From contig JBBDYI010000290.1 in the NCBI GenBank assembly GCA_040901705.1, positions 18,686-82,685 on the forward strand: a DNA stretch of 64,000 nt. The letters run 5' to 3'. Below, piece by piece: positions 1-10,417 of this stretch. The translations under genes and the position numbers were made by a program. A model generated the notes under the pieces. It did not search any database. It was not told where the DNA came from and saw only the letters and a list, made by a program, of their open reading frames with translations. The stretch's first letter is position 1; each line of letters opens with the position of its first letter. The DNA is from Pirellulales bacterium. Its GTDB lineage: Bacteria; Planctomycetota; Planctomycetia; Pirellulales; PLA5.

Positions 1-498
1 GGCTTCGGCGAGCACTTTGCCGATCGACGGATCGTTGTTGCCGGCGATCGTGGCGACCTGCTCGATTTCTTTCTTGTTCTTGTCGCTGATCGGCGTGGCC
101 AGCTTGCCGATGGCGGCCACCACGGCGTCGGTGGCCTTTTGAATGCCGCGCGACAGGGCCATCGGGTCGGCCCCGGCGGCGATCATCCGCAGACCTTCCT
201 TGAAGATCGCCTCGGCCATCACCGTGGCGGTCGTGGTGCCGTCGCCAGCGATGTCGTTGGTTTTGCTGGCGGCTTCCTTGACCAGTTGGGCGCCAAGATT
301 CTCGTAGGGGTCATCGAGATCGATATCCTCGGCCACGGTCACCCCGTCTTTGGTCACCTTCGGCGAGCCCCAGCCCTTGTCGAGCACGGCGTTGCGGCCG
401 CGGGGGCCAAGCGTGCTGCGGACCGCGCGGGCCAGTTTCGATACGCCGGCGGCAAGCTTTTGCCGGGCCTCATCTTCGAACAACATTTGCTTCGCCAC
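1..498 (-). CDS. groEL: Chaperonin GroEL/Cpn60, first 166 codons (gene runs off the left edge)
   Basis: Minus-strand translation from GTG at 498 reads [61 protein letters not shown]...[20 protein letters not shown]...[12 protein letters not shown], the conserved GroEL N-terminal motifs. AGGAGG (complement of 507-512) lies 8 nt upstream. Absent from the ORF track because it is edge-truncated. Confidence 0.93.
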   Translation of the reverse strand, partial: MAKQMLFEDEARQKLAAGVSKLARAVRSTLGPRGRNAVLDKGWGSPKVTKDGVTVAEDIDLDDPYENLGAQLVKEAASKTNDIAGDGTTTATVMAEAIFKEGLRMIAAGADPMALSRGIQKATDAVVAAIGKLATPISDKNKKEIEQVATIAGNNDPSIGKVLAEA

Positions 499-931
499 GA
501 GGGTCTCCTCCTAGGGGGATTTCAAACGGTATACTGAACTGCGCTTACTCGCGCAGGGGCCAAGGTCGATTCCACGTCGCACGATGTCGCGTCCAACGAT
601 TTCGCGCCGTTCGAGTCCGCGGCCAACTGCCAGTTTTGCGGACAAGAACCCGACGTGCGTGTATCGTAAAGCAAGGGCTATGCCAAACGTCGCGAGTTGT
701 CGTAACATAATACAATGAAACAGCTTGCGAGTTTCGTGGCCAAGGCGGCCGTTACCGAGCGCGAACAAAGTTCATGTCATTTTGGCAGAGCCGTCGGCGA
801 TGCAGTTGGGGAATTTCCTTCATTCCTCCGTGCGGATTGTTCAAGTTTTTTCGTGTTTCCTGTAGCAATTTGCCAGCGAATCGCCTAACCTACTATTGTT
901 TTAACGTAATCCGCGTTGTGAGGGGGTTATC

Positions 932-1549
932 ATGACCACAACGCCAGGTCAAACGGTCTTCGTCATCGACGACGACGAAGCGGCCCGCCTCTCCGTCTGT
1001 GCGTTGGCCACCTCGATGCACGTGCCATCCGAGGGGTTCGCGTCGGTCGAGGAATTCTTGGAGTCGTTCGACCCGATCCGGCCGGGATGTATTGTCGCCG
1101 ACGTGCGCATGCCGGGCGCGAGCGGCGTCGAACTGCTCGGCATTCTTGACGAGCGCGGTTCGCGGATTCCGGTCGTCATCGTGACGGCGTTTGCCGACAC
1201 GCCGCTGGCGGTGAAGGCGATGAAGGGCGGCGCGGTGACTTTTTTGGAAAAGCCGTGCAGCAATCATGAGTTGTGGGATGCGATCCGCGAAGCGCTCGCG
1301 CGCGACACAACGAGTCGAGCGGGCAGCGATAGCCTGCGAGATATTCGCACGCGGTTGGCGAAACTTACGCCGGACGAACAACTCGTGCTTTCGATGCTCG
1401 TCGAAGGCAAGCCGAACAAATTGATCGCTCGCGAGCTCGACGTCAGCCTGCGGACCATCGAATCGCGACGGCACAACGTGTTCGTCAAGACGGGAACGTC
1501 GACGGTGGCCGAACTCGTGCGGCTGGTCATGCACGCGAACGACAATTGA
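932..1549 (+). CDS. Response regulator, receiver + LuxR/FixJ-type HTH (NarL/FixJ family)
   Basis: 205-aa ORF. Receiver motifs VFVIDDD, CIVADVRMPG and VVIVTAFAD. C-terminal LuxR HTH LTPDEQLVLSMLVEGKPNKLIARELDVSLRTIESRRHNVF. Confidence 0.88.
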   Translation: MTTTPGQTVFVIDDDEAARLSVCALATSMHVPSEGFASVEEFLESFDPIRPGCIVADVRMPGASGVELLGILDERGSRIPVVIVTAFADTPLAVKAMKGGAVTFLEKPCSNHELWDAIREALARDTTSRAGSDSLRDIRTRLAKLTPDEQLVLSMLVEGKPNKLIARELDVSLRTIESRRHNVFVKTGTSTVAELVRLVMHANDN

Positions 1550-2359
1550 GCGACGCGGACGCGGTTCGGGCTGTTTCCATTTCCAAGGTCGACGCGCGGC
1601 GTCGCTGCGCCGGTGTGGCGACGATTGGTCGGCGATGCGTTCGGTCGCGGCGGCAGGCAGTTACGCCGGCGTTCATTCTTGTTTGCGGCGGGGCGATCGA
1701 CGTAGGTGTCTACCGCGAGTCGCATGCGTTGCGGCAGTCTGGTCGTGGCGATCGGTATGGAGAAAACCGCGGAAAAATCGTCGGTGGCGAAGTTTTTTCG
1801 GCGAAAATCGTCCGGACTGCGCCGGTTTTTTGCAAATTGGTCTAAACTCGATATTGCCTTTGCCGTCGATCGAAACGATACTTGATATTAGAGGATGAGG
1901 TAAGCACGGCGGCCGGACACGGAGGTAGTCCGCCCGCGCCGACCGACGAGTTTTGGGAACTGACACCACCTGAAACTCGGCCTCGTATCCGCGAGGGTGT
2001 TCTTTTCCAAGTTTCCGCTGCGGCACGTCGCGGGTTTCTTTCGACGTGTGGAAAGTTCGGCCGTCGGTCGAACTTCTCCGGTCGTGCCGATGCTCGAAGG
2101 CTTTTCCGAGCTTTGCGCTGCGCGGTTGGCAATTCGATTTGCCGCCGGCCGCGCCGTACTCTGGAAAATGCGCCGCCGCGGTCGATGCTGCGCAGTGGAA
2201 AAAATGGAAACCGAGCACGCTCGCACGATACGGTGCCGACAACCGAGGGCACTTGACCATCGCGAACCGAAGAACAGAGAACGATACCCCAAACTAGCTT
2301 GTGCGTACTGCGGCAAATGAATGCCGAAGCGCCCAAGCGGAAGACCCGGAGACCGAGCC

Positions 2360-4405
2360 ATGGCATACGGTCGCGAAATTGTCGAACTCGTGGCGCAACG
2401 TCAGGATTTGGACCAATTCCGCAAGAAGAATTGGGAAGGCACGTTCGAGCAGTATCTCGACATCGTGCGCGAGATTCCCAAGGTCACGCGGAACGCCTTC
2501 GAGCGAGCTTACGACATGATCGTGTCGTACGGCGTCGAGGAATCCGGCTCGTCGCGCGACAAGCAGTCGACCTATCCGTTCTTCAGCGACCCGGAAGGAA
2601 ATGGTCGCGACGCGGTGTTTGGGCTGGAAGACGCGTTGCACGCCCTGGTGAACGCCTTCATGAGCGCGGCCAAGGGGTACGGAATCGAGAAGCGCGTGCT
2701 GTTGTTGCACGGTCCGGTGGGGAGCAGCAAGAGTACGATCGCCCGCGTGCTGAAGCGCGGGTTGGAACGCTATTCGGCCACGGACGCCGGTGCGCTGTAC
2801 ACGCTGGGCTGGCTGAGCATGGACGGCGATGGCGACGTCGACTGGTGCCCGATGCACGAGGAGCCGCTACACATCATCCCGACGCGGTTTCGCCCGGACG
2901 CGCTGACTCGGCTGAACGAGGGCCGCGGCGCGGAAGATTATCACGCGAAGATCGTGGGGGCGCTGTGTCCGTTTTGCCGCTATCACTATGCCGAGCGGCT
3001 CAAGCGTTACGAAGGCGATTGGACGCGAGTGACGCAGGACGTGCGGATCAAGCGGCTGCTGCTGAGCGAAAAGGACCGCATCGGCATCGGCACGTTCCAG
3101 CCCAAGGACGAGAAGAATCAAGACTCGACCGAACTGACGGGCGACATCAACTATCGCAAGATCGCCGAATTCGGCAGCGATAGCGATCCGCGGGCGTTCA
3201 ACTTCGACGGCGAATTCAACGTCGCCAATCGGGGCGTGATCGAGTTCGTCGAAGTCCTCAAGCTCGACGTAGCTTTTCTCTACGACTTGCTCGGCGCCAG
3301 CCAGGAACATTGCATCAAGCCGAAGAAGTTCGCGCAAACCGACATCGACGAAGTCATCATCGGCCACACGAACGAGCCGGAGTATCGCAAGCTGCAGAAC
3401 AACGAGTTCATGGAAGCGCTCCGCGATCGGACGGTGAAGATCGACATTCCTTACGTCACGAAGCTTTCGGACGAAATCAAGATTTACGAGAAGGACTACA
3501 ACCGCCGCACGGTCCGCGGCAAGCACATCGCGCCGCATACGATCGAGATGGCGGCGATGTGGGCGATTCTCACTCGGCTGGAGGAGCCGAAGAACGCCAA
3601 CCTGACGTTGCTGCAAAAGCTCAAGCTGTACAACGGCAAGACGTTGCCGGGCTTTACGGCCGAGAACATCAAGGAGCTGCGCGAGCAGGCGACCACCGAA
3701 GGCATGCTCGGCATTTCTCCGCGGTACGTGCAGGACAAGATATCCAACGCGCTGGTGGCGCATCCCGACGCGAAATCGATCAACCCGTTCATGGTGCTCA
3801 ACGAATTGGAAGCCGGACTCAAGCACCACTCGCTGATCACGAACGAGGAACTGCGCGGCAAATATCGCGAGATGCTCGGCGTGGTAAAGGAAGAGTACGA
3901 AAACATCGTGAAGAACGAAGTCCAACGGGCGATCGCCGCCGACGAAGACGCGCTCAAACGGCTGTGCGCCAATTACATCGACAACGTCAAAGCGTACACG
4001 CAGCGCGAGAAGGTCAAGAATCCGTTTACGGGTCAGAACCAGGAGCCGGACGAGCGGCTGATGCGGTCGATCGAGGAGAAGATCGAGATTCCGGACAGCC
4101 GCAAGGACGACTTCCGCCGCGAGGTGATGAACTACATCGCCGCGTTGTCGCTCGACGGCAAATCGTTCGATTACAAGAGCAACGAGCGGCTGTATCGGGC
4201 GCTGGAGCTCAAGCTGTTCGAGGACCAGAAAGACACGATCAAGCTGACCAGTCTGGTGTCGAAGGTCGTCGACGCCGACACGCAGGCGAAGATCGACGTG
4301 GTCAAATCGCGGCTGATCCGCGATTACGGCTACGACGACGAGAGCGCGAACGACGTTTTACATTACGTAGCCAGCATTTTCGCGCGGGGCGACGCCAAGA
4401 ATTAA
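2360..4405 (+). CDS. prkA: PrkA/YeaG-family serine protein kinase
   Basis: Track ORF 2321..4405; preferred ATG at 2360 ([11 protein letters not shown]...). Walker-A block [15 protein letters not shown] and the length are typical of PrkA. Followed by the canonical YeaH-like and SpoVR-like partners. Confidence 0.9.
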   Translation: MAYGREIVELVAQRQDLDQFRKKNWEGTFEQYLDIVREIPKVTRNAFERAYDMIVSYGVEESGSSRDKQSTYPFFSDPEGNGRDAVFGLEDALHALVNAFMSAAKGYGIEKRVLLLHGPVGSSKSTIARVLKRGLERYSATDAGALYTLGWLSMDGDGDVDWCPMHEEPLHIIPTRFRPDALTRLNEGRGAEDYHAKIVGALCPFCRYHYAERLKRYEGDWTRVTQDVRIKRLLLSEKDRIGIGTFQPKDEKNQDSTELTGDINYRKIAEFGSDSDPRAFNFDGEFNVANRGVIEFVEVLKLDVAFLYDLLGASQEHCIKPKKFAQTDIDEVIIGHTNEPEYRKLQNNEFMEALRDRTVKIDIPYVTKLSDEIKIYEKDYNRRTVRGKHIAPHTIEMAAMWAILTRLEEPKNANLTLLQKLKLYNGKTLPGFTAENIKELREQATTEGMLGISPRYVQDKISNALVAHPDAKSINPFMVLNELEAGLKHHSLITNEELRGKYREMLGVVKEEYENIVKNEVQRAIAADEDALKRLCANYIDNVKAYTQREKVKNPFTGQNQEPDERLMRSIEEKIEIPDSRKDDFRREVMNYIAALSLDGKSFDYKSNERLYRALELKLFEDQKDTIKLTSLVSKVVDADTQAKIDVVKSRLIRDYGYDDESANDVLHYVASIFARGDAKN

Positions 4406-4878
4406 TCGGCCGTGGCGATTTTTCTTGATGCAAAGCAGTGGACGCCGAATAGGATGAAATAAGAGGCGGCGAGCCGAAGTCGCCGAAAAAACGAATCAAC
4501 CGAAAGGGCACAATAGGGCACCGAGAAGTGCAAGGGCATCGCTGGACTGAGTAACCACCGACGAGCGGCAACGCTCGGCGGAATTGCTCGATCGTGCCGC
4601 ACTTTCGCTTCGACGTGTCCACCGGACAAGCGCGTCGGCCAACTTCGCGATGGCGGCGCGCGGAATGCCGCGGCACTCCGTTGTGCGGCGGCGAAGCAGT
4701 TGTTGCTGGACAAATGAATTGACAACTTGGCTTGGCGAGGGACGGAACGGAATCATGCGGCGATGGATCGTCGGCGTGAACGGAGGCCCGACGAACGCGA
4801 TCGCGCGGCGACGATAGCCGCGTCGGTTTCGCTCGTTGGCGATTCCGCGACGACCCTCGACGGACTGGGGGATCGACC

Positions 4879-5982
4879 ATGGTAATGCGGATTGACCACG
4901 ACCGTTCGCGGTTCAAAGAGATCGTCCGCGGTCGCATTCGCCAGAATCTGCGCAAGTACGTCACGCACGGCGAGATGATCGGCCGCAAGGGTCGTGATCT
5001 GGTCAGCATTCCGATTCCGCAGCTCGACGTGCCCCATTTCCGCTACGGAAAGAACGGCTCCGGCGGCGTCGGCCAGGGCGACGGCGCCGAGGGCGACGTG
5101 CTGGGCGGCCAGGGCGAAGGCGGCACCGGTGCGGCCGGCAGCGAGCCGGGCGGACATATCCTCGAAGTCGAAGTCTCACTCGACGAACTGGCCGCGATTC
5201 TCGGCGACGAACTGCAATTGCCGCGGATCGAACCCAAGGGCCAGGCGAACATCGCGCAAGAAAAGGCCAAGTACAACAGCATCCGCCGCATCGGGCCGGA
5301 GTCGCTGCGGCATTTCAAGCGGACGTATGTCGAGGCGATGCGACGGCAGATCTCGACGGGCGAGTACAACCCGAAGAATCCCAACGTCGTTCCGATGCGC
5401 GAAGATCGGCGATACCGCTCGTGGTCGACGGTTTCGGAGCCGGAAGCCAACGCGGCGATCATCTACATGATGGACGTGTCCGGCTCGATGACTGACGAGC
5501 AGAAGGAGATCGTGCGGACGGAAGCGTTTTGGATCGACACCTGGCTGAAAAGCCAATACGACGGCGTGGAGACGCGGTACATCATTCACGATGCGGTCGC
5601 CCGCGAGGTGGACGAGCACACGTTCTATCACACGCGGGAAAGCGGCGGCACGCGGATCAGTTCGGCGTATCGCGTGGCCGTCGAATTGATGGAAAGCCAG
5701 TTCCCGGTCGAAAACTGGAATCTGTATTGCTTCCAGTTTTCCGACGGCGACAACTGGGGCGAAGACAACAACCAGAGTTTGGCGCTTTTACGAGAGCGGA
5801 TCCTGCCGAAGGTGAATTTGTTCTGTTACGGGCAGGTCGACAGTCCGTATGGCAGCGGCGAATACCTCAAGGCGCTGGAAGCGGCGTTTGGCGAATCGCG
5901 CGAGAACCTCGTGCTGTCGGAAATCGCCGATAAGGACGGGATTTATGAGTCGATTCGGGAGTTTCTTGGTAGTGGAAAGTGA
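4879..5982 (+). CDS. yeaH: YeaH/YhbH family protein (DUF444, vWA-like)
   Basis: 367 aa. N-terminus [26 protein letters not shown] and MIDAS-like [11 protein letters not shown] block typical of DUF444. Positioned between prkA and the spoVR-like gene. Confidence 0.85.
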   Translation: MVMRIDHDRSRFKEIVRGRIRQNLRKYVTHGEMIGRKGRDLVSIPIPQLDVPHFRYGKNGSGGVGQGDGAEGDVLGGQGEGGTGAAGSEPGGHILEVEVSLDELAAILGDELQLPRIEPKGQANIAQEKAKYNSIRRIGPESLRHFKRTYVEAMRRQISTGEYNPKNPNVVPMREDRRYRSWSTVSEPEANAAIIYMMDVSGSMTDEQKEIVRTEAFWIDTWLKSQYDGVETRYIIHDAVAREVDEHTFYHTRESGGTRISSAYRVAVELMESQFPVENWNLYCFQFSDGDNWGEDNNQSLALLRERILPKVNLFCYGQVDSPYGSGEYLKALEAAFGESRENLVLSEIADKDGIYESIREFLGSGK

Positions 5983-5985
5983 GAG

Positions 5986-6119
5986 CAATTCCCAATGCTC
6001 AATTGTCAATGACCAATCAATGCCGAATACCCGATGACAAGGCCGCAATGCCACCAAGTCGGCATTGAGCATTGCTCACTGGGATTTGATTGGGCATTGG
6101 CAATTGGGAATTGGGCATT
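5986..6119. repeat. Imperfect palindrome of about 130 bp built from CCAAT/ATTGG heptamer arrays around a central hairpin
   Basis: The left half carries 7-nt-phased CAAT units (cccaatg ctcaatt gtcaatg accaatc aatgcc). The right half carries the inverted ATTGG units (gatttga ttgggca ttggcaa ttgggaa ttgggcatt). The centre is caatgcc-accaagtc-ggcattg (6046-6067). It fills the yeaH-spoVR spacer. Confidence 0.7.
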
Positions 6120-6133
6120 AAAGGCCTACCACT

Positions 6134-7675
6134 ATGGCTTCCATCATCAACACTTCGCTGACGCCGGAGATGGCCGCGATTCAGACCAAGATGGAGGGCC
6201 ATGCGCGCGATTACGGGCTGGACTTCTTTCCGACCGTGTTTGAGCTGGTCGACGCCGATCAACTCAACCAGGTGGCGGCTTACGGCGGCTTTCCGACGCG
6301 CTATCCGCACTGGCGATTCGGGATGGAGTACGAGCAGCTTTCCAAGGGCTACGTCTATGGCTTGCAGAAGATTTACGAGTTGGTGATCAACAACGATCCG
6401 TGCTTCGCCTATTTGATGCGGTCGAACGAGTTGACCGACCAGAAGCTGGTGATGGCCCACGTGTATGGCCACTGCGACTTCTTCAAGAACAACGCCTATT
6501 TCGCGCACACGAACCGCAAAATGGTCGACACGATGGCCAACCACGGCCAGCGGGTCCGCACGTACATGGATCGGTTCGGCGTGGAAGAGGTCGAGGTGTT
6601 CATCGACTCGTGCTTGAGCATCGAAGACTTGATCGACATCCATGCGCCGGCGATCAAACGGCGGGCCGATCCGGTTCGCAGGTTCTCGACGGACGAAAAT
6701 GAAGCACCGGATGACGGTCCGGCTCGGTTCGACTCCAAACGCTACATGGACCGGTTCATCAATCCGCCGGAAACCATGCGCCGCGAATCGAACGAGCGCG
6801 AACGGCAGCGCAAGGAAAGCCAATCGGCCGTGGGGCCGATTCCCGCGCAGCCGGAACGCGACGTGATGCTGTTCCTGATGGAGCACGCCCCGCTCCAGCC
6901 GTGGCAGGCCGATGTGCTATCGATCATCCGCGACGAGGCGTATTACTTCGCACCGCAGGCGCAGACGAAGATCATGAACGAAGGTTGGGCCAGCTACTGG
7001 CACTCCACGATCATGACGACGCAGGGCCTGACGGCGAGCGACTTGATCTGCTACTGCGACCATCACAGCGGTACGTTGGCCAGTTCGCCGACGCGGCTCA
7101 ATCCGTACAAGCTCGGCATCGAGCTGTTCCGTGACATCGAGGAGCGCTGGAACAGCGGCCGGTTCGGCAAGGAGTGGGACGACTGCGACGATTGGAATGC
7201 CAAGCAATGTTGGGACCGGGCCACTGGCCTGGGGCGCGAGAAGATTTTCGAAGTCCGCCGCATTCACAACGACCTGACGTTCATCGACGAGTTTCTCACG
7301 CTCGATTTTTGCCGCCGGTACAAGCTGTTCAAGTTCGGCTGGAACGAGGACATCGACGCTTACGAGATCGAGAGCAAGGCGTTTCCGCAAGTCAAAGCCC
7401 AACTGCTGGCGAATTTGACCAATCGCGGCCGGCCGCAAATCGCCGTCCGCGACGCGAATTATCGCAATCGCAGCGAACTGCTGCTCGAACACTATTACGA
7501 AGGCGTCGAACTCGACGCCCAATACGCCGCCGACACGCTCACCAACTTGTTCGCCCTGTGGAAGCGGCCGGTGCATATCGAAACCGTGCTCGAAGAAGAA
7601 CGCGTGGTGCTGTCTTACGACGGCATCGACCACGAACGAACGGACATCGGAGACGACGCACTGATTCGGCCGTAA
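6134..7675 (+). CDS. spoVR: SpoVR/YcgB family protein
   Basis: 513 aa with FPTRYPHWRFGMEYE, HVYGHCDFFKNN and IMNEGWASYWHS blocks characteristic of SpoVR/YcgB. Third member of the prkA trio. Confidence 0.9.
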   Translation: MASIINTSLTPEMAAIQTKMEGHARDYGLDFFPTVFELVDADQLNQVAAYGGFPTRYPHWRFGMEYEQLSKGYVYGLQKIYELVINNDPCFAYLMRSNELTDQKLVMAHVYGHCDFFKNNAYFAHTNRKMVDTMANHGQRVRTYMDRFGVEEVEVFIDSCLSIEDLIDIHAPAIKRRADPVRRFSTDENEAPDDGPARFDSKRYMDRFINPPETMRRESNERERQRKESQSAVGPIPAQPERDVMLFLMEHAPLQPWQADVLSIIRDEAYYFAPQAQTKIMNEGWASYWHSTIMTTQGLTASDLICYCDHHSGTLASSPTRLNPYKLGIELFRDIEERWNSGRFGKEWDDCDDWNAKQCWDRATGLGREKIFEVRRIHNDLTFIDEFLTLDFCRRYKLFKFGWNEDIDAYEIESKAFPQVKAQLLANLTNRGRPQIAVRDANYRNRSELLLEHYYEGVELDAQYAADTLTNLFALWKRPVHIETVLEEERVVLSYDGIDHERTDIGDDALIRP

Positions 7676-7720
7676 TTGCTGCGTTGCCGTCGCAACCGCC
7701 GAACATTGGAGACAGCCATC

Positions 7721-8221
7721 ATGACACTCAAAGAACAACTCCGAGATCGCCTTGCCGGCTTGGCGGCGTTTGCGGATTCGACTCAGGACATCGCGGTGAG
7801 CGACGGCGGGATGACACTCCGCTGCGAAATGGCGTCGCTCGACCGGATGGGCTGCGAATTCGCGCGGCTGGCCGTCGAAACGCCGCGGTTGGCCGGCGCG
7901 GCGACGGACCGGCTGCAAAAGATCGCCGCCGATCTGGCCTCGCGACTGACCTACCTGCTCGAACCGATCAGCCCGGTCGAGGTCGACCATGAGCAATGCG
8001 TCGTGCAGATGCGCTCGTCGCCGCCGCAGAAAGGCGACGACGGCACGACGTACTACGAGTTGCTGGTCCGCGCCGGCGGCGAACTGTCGCTTCGTCGGTT
8101 CACGAAAGCGGTTGGCAACGTGCGAAAGAACGTCTCGGCGCAGGTAACGCGCGAAGTGCTGCTGCGTTTGGCCGGCGATTTGGAAGCGGCGGCGGGTTAC
8201 GCCGCTTCGCCGTCGAAATAA
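7721..8221 (+). CDS. Hypothetical protein, possible fourth gene of the prkA cluster
   Basis: Track ORF 7676..8221. ATG at 7721 (MTLKEQLRDRL...) is preceded by GGAGA, 46 nt after the spoVR stop on the same strand. No motif I recognise. Confidence 0.5.
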   Translation: MTLKEQLRDRLAGLAAFADSTQDIAVSDGGMTLRCEMASLDRMGCEFARLAVETPRLAGAATDRLQKIAADLASRLTYLLEPISPVEVDHEQCVVQMRSSPPQKGDDGTTYYELLVRAGGELSLRRFTKAVGNVRKNVSAQVTREVLLRLAGDLEAAAGYAASPSK

Positions 8222-8341
8222 TCGAAAAGACTCGACGTCAACGCCGCTTGCGATCCGCTCGCGGCGCTCTCGGCGGTCGAGTATGCTGGTTCTCGCACTG
8301 TCGACTCCGGACGGTCGTTCCCCTGACGCGCGAGGCTGGTT

Positions 8342-10249
8342 ATGTTTTTTCCCGTTCGCAGCGCGGTCGAGGGCCGGCGTTGGACCGTTTCGTGCGTGCT
8401 ATCGGCGGCGTGCTGTGTGGCGGTGACGATTCCGCAAATCGCAACGGCCCAGGACGTAAAAACCCACAACGCGACGCCACCGGCACACGGTTCGCTGTCG
8501 CGCGTCGGCTCGGAACTGCGTTGGAATGGGAAGCCCGTCCATCTCGTCGGGCACTCCTATTACGGTCTGTTGGGCGACGAGGATTTCGATGCCGACGGCT
8601 ATCTCGACGCGCTCGCCGCCCACAACGTCAATTTTACGCGTTTCTTTCTGATGTTGCCCTGGCCGGTGCATGAGGACGGCCGGCCGAATCTGCTGCCGTT
8701 TCACCGCGAGAACGGCAAGTACGACCTGCGCCGCTTCGACGAGAAGTGTTGGCGGCGACTGGAACATATCGTCGCGCGGGCGGAATCATTGGGGATCATC
8801 TGCCAGGTGTGCGCGTTCGACCGATGCGGCCTGTCGCGCGGCGATCGGCGAGCCTGGCCGAACAATCCTTACAACGCCGCGATCAATGCGAACGGACTGT
8901 TCGAGGACGGGCAGCGCGGATATCCGCCGTTCTGCGTCCTCGACGGCGCGGCTGCCGAAATCAACGCGGCGGTGCTGCGAAAGACGGTCGAGACGCTCGC
9001 CGCTCACGGCAACGTGATCTACGAGATCATCAACGAACCGTACGCCGAATTGGGACCGCTCCGTCCGTGGCACGCCTGGGCAAGCGGCGTTTTGCGCGAG
9101 GAATTCGACCGCCGCGGCGTGAGGTCGCCGGTCGTGGCGTCGACCGGATGGCACGCCGACGCCGTCGACCTGTTCTCGATGCACATGGCCGGCAGCGATC
9201 GGCACGTCGCGGCCGCGCTGGCCCAAAGCCGCCAAATCGAGCGGCCCCTCATCCTCTCCGACGACGGCGATATGAACTGCATGTTCAACCCGGACGTTAC
9301 GCGGGCGTCGCTGCGCCGGGCGTTGGAAGAGGGCCAACATTTCGAGCACCTCGAATACAGTCTGGCGTTACAGCGCGAGGAAGAGCATCGGCGGGCGTCG
9401 CGGCTCGACGAGATGTCGGCGCTGGCCCAGATCAATCTGCGGGCGCTGGCCGAACGCGGCCAACCACTCGTGTCGCGCCCGGTGGTTCGCGGCAGCACGA
9501 TCGCGGTCGACGGCGACGGCCAAAGGCGATTGACCGCACGGATCGAGCGGGCCGAATTGGCCGCCGCCGCAACGGTCGAGTACAGCCACGACGGCGGCCG
9601 AACGTGGCGGCCCATATCGAGCGACCGCGCGGACGATCGGGTAACGTCGTCGCCGCTGCCCGTCGCGGAAGCGGCGCGTTGCCTGGCGCGGGTCGTTTGC
9701 ACGGATGGTTCCGGGCGGCGCTGGCCGGGACCGTCCATGTATTATGGTCCGCTTGTGGCGGCATCGTTGCGCGTCGCCGAAGACGGGCGGCTGATCGAGG
9801 CCGGCTTGGCGCGAATCCGGCCGCGACACGGCGACGGCGTGATGCGGTTCGCCAGCGTGAACGGCGCGGCTTGCCTGGAATTGGAACCGAAGCGGCGGGG
9901 AGATTACGCCTACTTTCGCTGCGAGGACGAGGCGCTGCGCGGCGCGAAAGCGAACCGCGACGCCGTTGTGACGGTTCGTTTCTTGGATCGCTCGCCGTCC
10001 GCCCGGTTGGTGGTCGAATACAACGGTTCCTCTGGCCCGTACACTTCGGCGGCGCCCGTGGCCACGAAGGGCGAGAACGCCTGGCGCGAGGTCGCGATCG
10101 CGCTGAGCGGATTTCGGCCGCAAGGCAAACAGAACGACGGCGCCGACTTCCGCCTCCGGCTCGACGGCGACCCGCTTCCGCTGGTGCTGCGAGAAGTCCG
10201 GTTGCGGTTCGACGGCCCTGTTCGCGGCGACGCGCTTCGCGACGAATAG
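8342..10249 (+). CDS. Secreted glycoside-hydrolase-like protein (TIM-barrel, GH5-like) with a C-terminal beta-rich region
   Basis: N-terminal signal-like segment ...VLSAACCVAVTIPQIATAQD. NVNFTRFFL and VIYEIINEPY (NEP acid/base-type motif) resemble clan GH-A/GH5 enzymes. Family assignment not verified. Confidence 0.55.
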   Translation: MFFPVRSAVEGRRWTVSCVLSAACCVAVTIPQIATAQDVKTHNATPPAHGSLSRVGSELRWNGKPVHLVGHSYYGLLGDEDFDADGYLDALAAHNVNFTRFFLMLPWPVHEDGRPNLLPFHRENGKYDLRRFDEKCWRRLEHIVARAESLGIICQVCAFDRCGLSRGDRRAWPNNPYNAAINANGLFEDGQRGYPPFCVLDGAAAEINAAVLRKTVETLAAHGNVIYEIINEPYAELGPLRPWHAWASGVLREEFDRRGVRSPVVASTGWHADAVDLFSMHMAGSDRHVAAALAQSRQIERPLILSDDGDMNCMFNPDVTRASLRRALEEGQHFEHLEYSLALQREEEHRRASRLDEMSALAQINLRALAERGQPLVSRPVVRGSTIAVDGDGQRRLTARIERAELAAAATVEYSHDGGRTWRPISSDRADDRVTSSPLPVAEAARCLARVVCTDGSGRRWPGPSMYYGPLVAASLRVAEDGRLIEAGLARIRPRHGDGVMRFASVNGAACLELEPKRRGDYAYFRCEDEALRGAKANRDAVVTVRFLDRSPSARLVVEYNGSSGPYTSAAPVATKGENAWREVAIALSGFRPQGKQNDGADFRLRLDGDPLPLVLREVRLRFDGPVRGDALRDE

Positions 10250-10261
10250 TTCTTTTCTTGA

Positions 10262-10414
10262 CACGGACCTGCGCTGCCGGCCAAGGCGATCATCGAAATG
10301 TACGGCGCTCGCTGGAACAACGAGACGACGTCCCCGGAAATGCGCAGCCATCTCGGCTTGGAAACCACTCGCGGCCGGCCTCGACAAACGGCTCCGCACG
10401 GCACCTCGGAATAA
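10262..10414 (+). pseudogene. C-terminal remnant of an IS4/IS701-like DDE transposase
   Basis: The 50-codon open frame ends ...AKAIIEMYGARWNNETTSPEMRSHLGLETTRGRPRQ*. This matches the Y-x2-R-W-x-(I)E-x6-(K/R)-x-x-LGLE block around the catalytic E of IS4-type transposases. There is no N-terminal part, and it is wedged between two convergent genes. Confidence 0.55.
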
Positions 10415-10417
10415 GCG

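Noticed and set aside
499-931. CIRCE operator or sigma-32 promoter upstream of groEL
   Set aside because: I found no TTAGCACTC-N9-GAGTGCTAA-like inverted repeat and no convincing CTTGAAA/CCCCAT pair on the relevant strand.
2126-2143. Sigma-54-like element ttggcaattcgatttgcc, about 220 nt upstream of prkA
   Set aside because: The GG and GC dinucleotides are spaced one nucleotide further apart than in the TGGCAC-N5-TTGC consensus, and the -24 element reads TGGCAA. This is insufficient to call. It is noted only because nitrogen or stress control of prkA homologues would be plausible.
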